Positions 23,698 to 32,000 of a stretch of 32,000 bases of DNA are shown piece after piece. Positions within the stretch are counted from its first letter, which is position 1. Every line of letters starts with the position of its first letter. The stretch comes from Aulosira sp. FACHB-615. Lineage in GTDB: Bacteria; Cyanobacteriota; Cyanobacteriia; Cyanobacteriales; Nostocaceae. A model generated the notes under the pieces. That model was not told where the DNA came from and ran no database searches. It worked only from the letters and a program-made list of their open reading frames with translations. Location of the stretch: positions 84,625 through 116,624 of the forward strand of contig NZ_JACJSE010000019.1 in NCBI RefSeq assembly GCF_014698045.1. Reading direction: 5' to 3'. The position numbers were made by a program, and so were the translations under genes.

Positions 23698-24682
23698 AAA
23701 TCTCCTCTAAATACTAAATGTGTCAATCAATAATTTTTCACACAGCAGATTTTTGAAGCCAGGAGTCTACCCCATTGGTTTTTCCTGTGTTCTTGCTACT
23801 CAGCTACATAACTATTATCAGACGGGTGTACAACCAAATTAGCGGCTGTTACTCGTCTGAGATTGCCTTATTTTGCAGCTAGTAAGTATTTAATCCTAGT
23901 GGTATACTTAATTTTAACAGAATGGGTAATCCTATACAAGATTTGATATCAGGATGAATCTTGTGGTGCTACTGTCAGATTAATCATTTAAACATAAGTT
24001 TTCTCGACACAGCACAAATTTTGTTCTTCACCCATCTTCTTTGTGAGATAGCTATCTTCCCAGTAGGAGCGGGTATAATTTTGTGATGAAAGCCAAGTTC
24101 GGAGATTTACAGTTGCGTAAGTGGTGTTAACTCTCATTTGCAACATTCATCTTGAAAATCTACCGCAAGAAGGAGTAGATATTGAGCAGTTAGCCTGATG
24201 TGCTGAATCGTAATCTTGAGTAAATATTTAAAGTATAAATATAAACCTGAACTCCCACTGATTGAAGTTAATCTAAGTTGGATATTCAGTGAAGTTCATG
24301 GTCATAGTTTATGTTATCTTTATTTTTCAGCAGGACTGTTAAAAAAAACATAAAGAAATCAGCAACAAAAGCCAAGTAGTACAGAGTAGAATTCGCCTCT
24401 ATCAAGCATTAGTTGTAGCTGCTCAAAAGTGTTTGCTTCGGGTTTGTTGAGGTCGTCAGCAGTGATTTTATCAAAAATAATTCACGAAAAAAAGATTAAA
24501 TTGACTCATGGTTAACATTCTGTCAGGGACTTATCCTCTATTTTAGAGGATGAACAGGTGTGTTTATTCCAATACCTGCTTGTCTGGAGCGAGTGTACTT
24601 AGCAAGGTATCATTTTTTGATGCCTCTTTCCCAACGCGCTAGTTTTGGTATCCCAAAATCCGATAAACTAAAATCTGGCTAA

Positions 24683-26014
<1,332 letters not shown>

Positions 26015-26040
26015 GTTGGTTATTAGTCATTAGTCATTGG

Positions 26041-26093
26041 TGAGCCAGTGCGTTGGGCGGGTTCCCCGACTCCCTCACTGGCTCACCCGAAGG
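26041..26093 (+). mobile_element. Small hairpin element, family 'GGTGAGCCAnnGCG...CCCGAAGGG', copy 2
   Basis: tgagccagtgcgttgggcgggttccccgactccctcactggctcacccgaaggg. It has an internal stem gtgagccagtg/cactggctcac and is flanked by gtcattgg / gtcattag STRR units. Confidence 0.6.
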
Positions 26094-26148
26094 GTCATTA
26101 GTCAATAGATTAAGACAACTGACAAAATATAACTGAAGCAGGATAATC

Positions 26149-26186
26149 TGTAGGGTGGGCGATGCTCACCCTACAATTGTTTTGTA
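26149..26186 (+). terminator. Candidate petH terminator hairpin
   Basis: tgtagggtg (26149-26157) pairs with caccctaca (26167-26175), followed by attgttttgta. Confidence 0.45.
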
Positions 26187-26223
26187 TATATACTTGCTGA
26201 AACAAGAGTTCTGGTGGTTATAG

Positions 26224-26265
26224 CAGGAGGCAGGAGGCAGGAGGCAGAAGGCAGGAGGCAGGAGG
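26224..26265. repeat. Heptamer tandem repeat (caggagg x6)
   Basis: caggagg caggagg caggagg cagaagg caggagg caggagg. The adjacent aggtaaaagttttactat recurs inverted at 29170-29205 next to cctcctgccttctgcc. Confidence 0.85.
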
Positions 26266-26418
26266 TAAAAGTTTTACTATATCTAGCATTCATGCTTTTT
26301 AAATTTCCTAACCTATACTTCGACTGCTATACATAACCACTCAGCACTCAGCGAGAAGTTGCGTGCGGGGGTTTCCCCCGCCCTTGCAAACTTCGGTGAC
26401 TCAGCACTCAGCACTAAG

Positions 26419-27723
26419 ATGGATGAAAAGTTTGTGGGTGTAAAGCTAGGAATATTGGGATTAGGTACTGTAGGTACAGGTACGGTGCAACTACTACAAG
26501 ATGCTGTTGGCCGTCATCCGTTGTTGGGAGAAATCGAAATTTATCGGGTGGGTGTCCGATCGCCTGACAAACCCCGTGCTGTAGAATTACCAGAGTCAGT
26601 CATCACAACCGATTTAGCTGCGATTGTCAATGATCCGGCTGTGGATATTGTAGTTGAGGTGATGGGAGGATTGGAACCGGCGCGATCGCTCATTCTCCAA
26701 GCAATCAAAAATGGTAAACATATCGTCACAGCTAACAAAGCGGCGATCGCTAGATTTGGGGCAGAAATTTTCAACGCCGCCAATGAAGCCGGGGTGTATG
26801 TGATGTTAGAAGCGGCTGTTGGTGGGGGAATTCCCGTGATTCAACCCCTGAAGCAAGCTTTAAGTGTTAACCGGATTCACACTGTTATTGGCATTGTTAA
26901 CGGTACGACTAACTATATCCTCACCCGGATGCAAACTGAAGGCAGTGATTTTGGGGATGTGTTAGCTGATGCTCAACGCTTGGGTTATGCTGAAGCTGAC
27001 CCGACAGCCGATGTAGATGGTTTAGATGCAGGCGATAAAATTGCGATTTTGGCATCTTTGGGTTTTGGTGGACGCATTCATTTACCAGATGTTTATTGTG
27101 AGGGTATCCGTCAAGTTAGCAAGACAGATATTACATACGCTGAAAAATTGGGCTTTGTGATTAAATTATTAGCGATCGCTAAATACCAAAATAATGACCA
27201 CTCCCAGTTATCTGTGAGAGTACATCCCACCTTTGTACCTAAATCTCACCCATTGGCTAGTATTAACGGTGTGTATAACGCCATTCTTGTAGAAGGTGAA
27301 CCCATCGGCCAAGTGATGTTTTTTGGCCCCGGTGCGGGTGCAGGTGCAACAGCCAGTGCTGTTACCTCAGATATTTTAAGTGTGACAGCAGCCCTCAAGA
27401 GTAATACAACCGCACCAAATCCCCTGCTCACTTGTAGACATGAAGATTACTGCCAAGTTACCCCGATCTCGGAATTAGTTACCAGATTTTACGCCCGCTT
27501 TCTCACCAAAGACCACCCTGGTGTCATTGGTAAACTAGGTACTTGCTTTGGTAATCATGGTGTAAGTTTAGAATCTGTGGTGCAAACTGGCTTTCAGGGA
27601 GGATTAGCAGAAATTGTGGTTGTTACCCATGATGTGAAAGAAGGCGACTTCCGCCAAGCTTTAGAAGAAATTCGCAGTCTGGAAGCGATTGATAGCATTC
27701 CCAGCATTTTAAGAGTGCTTTAG
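26419..27723 (+). CDS. hom: Homoserine dehydrogenase
   Basis: MDEKFVGVKLGILGLGTVGTGT (NAD-binding GxGxxG), TANKA, GIVNGTTNYILT and EADPTADVDGLDA motifs, plus a C-terminal ACT-like region. The track's upstream start at 26359 would translate a repeat hairpin. GTG 26434 is an alternative start. Confidence 0.88.
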   Translation: MDEKFVGVKLGILGLGTVGTGTVQLLQDAVGRHPLLGEIEIYRVGVRSPDKPRAVELPESVITTDLAAIVNDPAVDIVVEVMGGLEPARSLILQAIKNGKHIVTANKAAIARFGAEIFNAANEAGVYVMLEAAVGGGIPVIQPLKQALSVNRIHTVIGIVNGTTNYILTRMQTEGSDFGDVLADAQRLGYAEADPTADVDGLDAGDKIAILASLGFGGRIHLPDVYCEGIRQVSKTDITYAEKLGFVIKLLAIAKYQNNDHSQLSVRVHPTFVPKSHPLASINGVYNAILVEGEPIGQVMFFGPGAGAGATASAVTSDILSVTAALKSNTTAPNPLLTCRHEDYCQVTPISELVTRFYARFLTKDHPGVIGKLGTCFGNHGVSLESVVQTGFQGGLAEIVVVTHDVKEGDFRQALEEIRSLEAIDSIPSILRVL

Positions 27724-27755
27724 AAGTATGAAGTATGAAGTATGAAGGATGAAAT
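27721..27755. repeat. Heptamer tandem repeat (atgaagt-type, 5 units) beginning at the hom stop codon
   Basis: tagaagt atgaagt atgaagt atgaagg atgaaat. The first triplet, TAG, is the hom stop codon. Confidence 0.8.
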
Positions 27756-27790
27756 AAATGCTTTGAGATGATATCTGACAATTAAGCTGT

Positions 27791-27864
27791 AAACCCGCAT
27801 AGGTGTTCACTGAGCGAAGTCGAAGCGTGTTCACTGAGCGTAGTCGAAGTGCGGGTTTTGTTTA
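27791..27864 (+). terminator. Candidate hom terminator: 9-bp outer stem enclosing two copies of a cactgagcg(a/t)agtcgaag repeat, followed by a U tract
   Basis: aaacccgca (27791-27799) ... tgcgggttt (27850-27858), followed by tgttt. The loop is ttcactgagcgaagtcgaagcg + ttcactgagcgtagtcgaagt. The same repeat unit occurs at 29232-29250. Confidence 0.55.
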
Positions 27865-27936
27865 GATAGCTGCGGCTTTTATCGCCCAAGCTTATTGATT
27901 TTTGAGTGGGAACTTTGCAATTTCAGGGAAAATACG

Positions 27937-29028
27937 ATGACCAACTTACCTCCTTCCGACCCCAAGTCATCTGAAAAAACAGCCCTTGGCTTTGATGAAT
28001 TTATTGCCATTTTAGTTGCCTTCGGTGCGATCGGGGGGATTCTCTTGTGGTCATTTTCTCGCCGAGATGCTGGCTGGAACTTCAATATAGTGTTGTCGCC
28101 GACACCAACTTCCACAATCCAAACGCAACCAACTCCCGCCGTTACTGCTCCAGCTTCCCAGGTGCAGCCAAGCACTAATCCTCAAGTTGAAGCTGCACCT
28201 GTATCTCCCAAAGAAGTAGTCCCCGAACCCAGCCCAAATTCCCCTCAAATCCTGCCACCAGTCCAAGTAATTCCACTTAATTCAACACCAAAAACCGTAC
28301 CTTTTTCTACGTCTAAAAATCCAGAGTCATCAGTTACCTCATCGCCCTTACCCTTAGTTACCCCTGCTGAACAAAAATCAATTATTCCACCACCTATTGC
28401 CTTTAATGATGTGCCGAAAAATTTTTGGGCGGCTCGATTTATTAATGCACTTTCGGCGCGTGGAATTATCAAAGGTTTCCCAGATTACACGTTTAGACCA
28501 AATCAGCCTGTGAATCGCGCGGAATTTGCAGCCATTCTCCAGAAAGCTTTTGACACAGAACTGAGTAAAAATTCTGTACCCTTTAAAGATGTCTCAGGTA
28601 AATATTGGGCAACACCAGCAATTGACCGCGCTGTGGGTACAGGTTTTTTAAAGGGGTTTCCCAACAAAACTTTTAAACCCAACCAAAAAATTACCCGTGT
28701 ACAAGTTTTAGTGGCGCTGGTAAGTGGGTTAAATCTCAAACAACCAGCCAAACCCGCACAGGTGCTAAGTATTTATCAAGATGCCAAAAAAATTCCTAAA
28801 TATGCCGTGGCTAAGGTAGCGACTGCCACAGCCAATGGTTTGGTAATTACCGATGCTAACCCTCAATTCTTGTCTCCCAATCAAGCAGCCACTAGAGCAG
28901 AAGTAGCAGCAATGGTGCATCAAGCTTTAGTTAAACTGGGAAGACTAGATAAAATTTCTTCTGAGAATATTGTGCGCTTACCTGAACAAACTTCACTCTC
29001 TGAAAATAAATTAGCCAACGAACCGTAG
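27937..29028 (+). CDS. S-layer homology (SLH) domain protein with N-terminal membrane anchor and Pro-rich spacer
   Basis: From ATG 27937: MTNLPPSDPKSSEKTALGFDEFIAILVAFGAIGGILLWSF (TM), then a P/T/S/Q-rich spacer. Three SLH-like units follow: FNDVPKNFWAARFINALSARGIIKGFPDYTFRPNQPVNRAEFAAIL; FKDVSGKYWATPAIDRAVGTGFLKGFPNKTFKPNQKITRVQVLVAL; and a third ending PNQAATRAEVAAMV. Confidence 0.85.
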   Translation: MTNLPPSDPKSSEKTALGFDEFIAILVAFGAIGGILLWSFSRRDAGWNFNIVLSPTPTSTIQTQPTPAVTAPASQVQPSTNPQVEAAPVSPKEVVPEPSPNSPQILPPVQVIPLNSTPKTVPFSTSKNPESSVTSSPLPLVTPAEQKSIIPPPIAFNDVPKNFWAARFINALSARGIIKGFPDYTFRPNQPVNRAEFAAILQKAFDTELSKNSVPFKDVSGKYWATPAIDRAVGTGFLKGFPNKTFKPNQKITRVQVLVALVSGLNLKQPAKPAQVLSIYQDAKKIPKYAVAKVATATANGLVITDANPQFLSPNQAATRAEVAAMVHQALVKLGRLDKISSENIVRLPEQTSLSENKLANEP

Positions 29029-29087
29029 CAAAGTGCTGAGTAATAACTCAGTATTCTCAGGAGTTTCAGCCATTAAGTTGAATTTAC

Positions 29088-29135
29088 CAGAAGAGAGGGC
29101 AGTGTTCTGCACTACCCTCTCTTCTGTGTTTGAAA
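29088..29135 (+). terminator. Rho-independent terminator candidate after the SLH gene
   Basis: A perfect 12-bp stem, cagaagagaggg (29088-29099) with ccctctcttctg (29115-29126), followed by tgtttgaaatt. Confidence 0.6.
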
Positions 29136-29265
29136 TTAAATTGCAGCGAGAGTCAGTTATAGCAGTCGGGCATAGTAAGACTTTTACCTCCTGCCTTCTG
29201 CCTGGTTGGTGAGCGAACTTGTACTGAGCGCAGTCGAAGTAGCCGAACCACTGCCTCCTGCTATA

Positions 29266-29715
29266 TTATGCGCTAGGAGCGTTTTTACCAACAACTTGTG
29301 ATTTGAGTGTTGTAATTTCGTTAGTTAGCTCTTTTCTGGTTGAAGCCTTGAGTAAATAGCGGTAAATAAACCAAGCAGAGTAACCAATCCCAATCAACTC
29401 AAAGGTAGGTGCTACTAAAGGAATATCATTCAAAGAATCTAATATTGCCAAAAGTACCTTAACTGCGACAAGTGCTGTCACAATTGCGCCAACAACAACT
29501 AAGGGTTGCTTATATTTGCTGAACAAGCTCCCCAGGTACTCAGGCAGTGATGCTAAAAAGCTAGAAATTTGTTCGCCGTACTTCACCCATTCCTCTTGAG
29601 GTTGAGCAGGAGGCTGGAGTTTAGTAATGGTACCTGTTTGGCTGTTGATATCTGGCACTGCTGCTTCTGTGGATTTTGTTTCTGCGAATTCTGGTTCTGG
29701 CATCTTAATTTCCAT
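29266..29715 (-). CDS. CAAD-domain protein (CurT/CURT1-like thylakoid membrane protein)
   Basis: 149 aa with an acidic/Pro-rich N-terminus and two adjacent hydrophobic helices (PLVVVGAIVTALVAVKVLLAILDSL and PLVAPTFELIGIGYSAWFIYRYLL). An amphipathic C-terminal helix follows. ELIGIGYS.WF.YRYLL is the CAAD signature as I recall it. Met5 (29703) is an alternative start. Confidence 0.65.
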   Translation of the reverse strand: MEIKMPEPEFAETKSTEAAVPDINSQTGTITKLQPPAQPQEEWVKYGEQISSFLASLPEYLGSLFSKYKQPLVVVGAIVTALVAVKVLLAILDSLNDIPLVAPTFELIGIGYSAWFIYRYLLKASTRKELTNEITTLKSQVVGKNAPSA

Positions 29716-30206
29716 AAATTTGACAGTTGGGTTTTTTTATCTGGACAATGACAACCAAAAGGCTGTGATTGGACAAGGCACAAGTTGATCAGACTTAGAT
29801 GGGTAACACATTGTATTCCCTATAACCATAAATGCCTCTAACCTCTACTGCATCAACTCCAAGGTAGACAGTCACTAGAAGGACAGAAGCCAAAAATTGT
29901 AGGCTGTGTTACTACATCTATCTGTGTTTTGTGTTTTTCAATCAACGGCAACCTTCAGGATGAGATTATCCTATGCCGTATCAGTTGCTGATAATCGTAC
30001 TCCTGCAAGTACAATTCATGCAAAAATCAGATCACCTCTCATTTATACAAGGTTAATCGCCGATTTTAACTGAATATTAAAGCTATCTTCAGCCAGATTC
30101 GTCAATGAATCCATTGGTCATTGATATGAATACTTAATAAAAGTTCTTCTGTATTCACGTATCTGGCTTTGATAAATCAGGGCTGACACACAACAGTTGT
30201 CTGATG

Positions 30207-30313
30207 AGAATGGGTGTAAGGGTGTCGGGGTACAGGGGTGTATGTCTTCAAAACCTTTACACCGTTCGGCTAACGCTCACGGCGAAGCCCCATACCTTTT
30301 CACCCCTACACCC
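30207..30313. repeat. Palindromic small element, family 'gggtgtaagggt...', copy 2, with an internal insertion
   Basis: agaatgggtgtaagggtgtcggggtacaggggtgtatgtcttcaaaacctttacacc[gttcggctaacgctcacggcgaagcc]ccataccttttcacccctacaccc. Confidence 0.65.
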
Positions 30314-30354
30314 AATTTCCACAGTTATGGGAAATGAGTCTACTTAAGTTCAAA

Positions 30355-30816
30355 TTAGTCCCAATCTGGCATTTGTGCGCCTTCTTCACCACCAACACCG
30401 ATGCCTGTGTTGAAAATATCTGCATCGGTGATATTCATATTGTCCATTGATGCGCCGTAGACGTTGGAGTCATGAATTTGAGCGCGGGTAAAATTCACGC
30501 CGTCAAGATTAGCTTTTTTAAAGTTAACGTTGGTGACAAAAGTTGAAGATAGGTTAGCTCCTTTCAAATTTGCGTTGGTGAGGTCTGCACCTTCGAGGTT
30601 TGCGCCTGCAAGGTTAGCTTTAGAAAGGTTGGCACCACGTAAATCTGCACCAATTAAATGAGCGCCACTGAGGTCAACTCCAGCTAGATTACACCTCTGA
30701 CATTCCCCAGTAGATAAAAGCCTTTGTAAATCTTGCGAATTCCCTGCTTTCACAGAGGTGGCAAAAATGAGGGGAGTGGTTGCTAAGGCTATAGCGGCAA
30801 TTAGCTTGAATTTCAT
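30355..30816 (-). CDS. Secreted pentapeptide-repeat protein
   Basis: From ATG 30816: MKFKLIAAIALATTPLIFATSVKA (signal peptide), then a CQRCNLAGVDLSGAHLIGADLRGANLSKANLAGANLEGADLTNANLKGANLSS... A(D/N)LxX pentapeptide run. The track's GTG at 30861 adds an unlikely basic extension. Confidence 0.85.
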   Translation of the reverse strand: MKFKLIAAIALATTPLIFATSVKAGNSQDLQRLLSTGECQRCNLAGVDLSGAHLIGADLRGANLSKANLAGANLEGADLTNANLKGANLSSTFVTNVNFKKANLDGVNFTRAQIHDSNVYGASMDNMNITDADIFNTGIGVGGEEGAQMPDWD

Positions 30817-31127
30817 AATCTTTCCCCTTTGTATTGAAGTTGTAACCGTTCTTTTCCTCACGATTCTATTATCTCACTAATTTTCTGGACAATGTTGATT
30901 TAACTCACAAAATCAAGGTGATGTTTAATAGTTTGGTCAAAGACATAAAAACAGTATGGATGCGGGTTTTGGGCTGGCGATCGCTCACAAAACTTACCTA
31001 AAATTACCAATCTTTATCTTGTTAAATCTTTTTAAGAAATACAAGCATTTATTTTGATTTGTCATTGGTTGTTAACCGGAATTTTTATATTATTAATTGG
31101 CACTCAGTAATTCTACTTTTTAGTATA

Positions 31128-31991
31128 TTAAATTCCCGTAAATTCACGCATGTATCGATTCACTAGATCCGGTTCCTCTTGCTGTACCCAATGCCCACAA
31201 TGGGGAATATACTGAATTTGCAAGTTGCTGACATAGGTATCAGTTCCATAGGTAAGCTCTTTCCCAAGGGCAGTATCATTTTCACCCCAAATCATCAGTG
31301 TGGGGACATTTAAAATTCCCCAATTTTTGTTGGGTAAAAAGTGAGAAAATACATTGCGATAGTAGTTGAGCATTGCTGTTAAAGCACCGGGTTTAGCAGC
31401 CGCATTTTTATAAGCTGCTAGGTCAGAGGCAGTAAAAGCATTTTTATTAACTGCTGTGCCTTGAATAATCTGAGCAATTGGCTGATAGTCAAAAGTTTGC
31501 AGGAGAAATTCTGGCATGATTGGTAGTTGAAATAAGAACATATACCAGCTACGTAGTAACTGTTGGGGAGTTGATAATCCCTGAGAAAATTTAGCGGGGT
31601 GTGGTAAGTTAAGTATGATTAATTTCTCTAGCATTTCTGGGTGAGCATGAGCAAAACACCAAGCGATCGCACCACCCCAATCATGCCCAACTAAAACGCA
31701 TTTTTCGTGACCTAAACCTTTAATTACACCCGCAACATCTTTGATAAATTCACCCATAATATAAGCTGATTGTGCTTTGGGTTTTTCACTATCGTTGTAG
31801 CCACGTAAATCTAAAGCCACAACTTGAAAATTTTCCGCAAATTCTGGTATTTGATGCCGCCAAGAATACCAAAATTCAGGAAACCCATGTAACATCAACA
31901 TCAAAGGGCCTGTTCCTTGGGTGACATAGTGCAGTTTTACACCATTGGTAGTGATATATTTATGTTCCCAAGCATTTTTAAGGTCAGACAT
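31128..31991 (-). CDS. Alpha/beta hydrolase, epoxide hydrolase / haloalkane dehalogenase-like (Asp nucleophile)
   Basis: 287 aa with HGFPEFWYSWRHQI (oxyanion HGxP plus the W/Y motif of epoxide hydrolases), nucleophile elbow GHDWGG and C-terminal catalytic His in PHCGHWVQQE. Confidence 0.8.
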   Translation of the reverse strand: MSDLKNAWEHKYITTNGVKLHYVTQGTGPLMLMLHGFPEFWYSWRHQIPEFAENFQVVALDLRGYNDSEKPKAQSAYIMGEFIKDVAGVIKGLGHEKCVLVGHDWGGAIAWCFAHAHPEMLEKLIILNLPHPAKFSQGLSTPQQLLRSWYMFLFQLPIMPEFLLQTFDYQPIAQIIQGTAVNKNAFTASDLAAYKNAAAKPGALTAMLNYYRNVFSHFLPNKNWGILNVPTLMIWGENDTALGKELTYGTDTYVSNLQIQYIPHCGHWVQQEEPDLVNRYMREFTGI

Positions 31992-32000
31992 TTGTTGTAT

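Noticed and set aside
24561-24574. NtcA-like site gtttattccaatac upstream of petH
   Set aside because: It has one mismatch to GTAN8TAC and no convincing TAN3T -10 box at the expected spacing of about 22 nt.
26359-26418. N-terminal extension of hom (MRAGVSPALANFGDSALSTK) in the track ORF
   Set aside because: The extension translates a repeat hairpin (gcgggggtttcccccgc) and ctcagcactcagc repeats. The conserved NAD-binding N-terminus begins right after ATG 26419.
29960-30073. 37-codon ORF (MRLSYAVSVADNRTPASTIHAKIRSPLIYTRLIADFN) and other mini-ORFs in the 640-nt curT-pentapeptide spacer, as possible small photosystem/Hli-type genes
   Set aside because: There is no hydrophobic helix, no SD at proper spacing, and no resemblance to the known small thylakoid proteins I can recall.
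30190-30320. CTGATGAG string (30201-30208) suggesting a hammerhead ribozyme core
   Set aside because: No correctly placed GAAA element or the three required stems could be drawn. The flanking sequence is the gggtgtaagggt palindromic repeat.

Overview
This window looks like a chromosomal segment from a filamentous, Nostoc/Anabaena-type cyanobacterium. The HIP1 octamer GCGATCGC occurs about two dozen times (counted by eye). Nearly every intergenic region carries 7-nt STRR-type tandem repeats and small hairpin or MITE-like elements. The housekeeping genes are typically cyanobacterial: petH with a CpcD-like N-terminal domain, prk, ispD, scpB, hom, a CAAD/CurT-like protein, a DUF760 protein and a Deg/HhoA-type protease. 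I support 24 coding regions, counting the interrupted 8587-11562 frame as two and a doubtful 70-aa ORF, plus several terminators and at least five dispersed small-repeat families. Other content includes a FecCD/FecE-type ABC importer pair, a small detox-like cluster (MDR oxidoreductase, VOC, dienelactone hydrolase) and an ssuD plus NtaA/DszA-type monooxygenase pair. There is also a GAF-HK -> PAS hybrid-HK -> CheY phosphorelay cluster, an SLH protein, a pentapeptide-repeat protein and an epoxide-hydrolase-like alpha/beta hydrolase. The most interesting locus is 8587-11562. A 153-aa all-helical protein with a strongly hydrophobic N-terminal helix and an NB-ARC + TPR STAND/NLR-type ATPase lie in a single reading frame, interrupted by one TGA at 9046-9048. 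Together they read as a plant-CNL / fungal-HeLo-like 'membrane-helix effector + NB-ARC + repeat sensor' architecture. The sensor is a highly homogenised 126-nt TPR array whose differences cluster at a few codons. The locus is bracketed by MITE debris and followed by an unusual 21-nt periodic array of GAAnnTTC palindromes. A real gene, a 5'-truncated PEP-CTERM repeat protein at 2-874, is missing from the supplied ORF track. No rRNA, tRNA or CRISPR array was recognised. All domain calls come from motif reading by eye and need HMM/BLAST confirmation.
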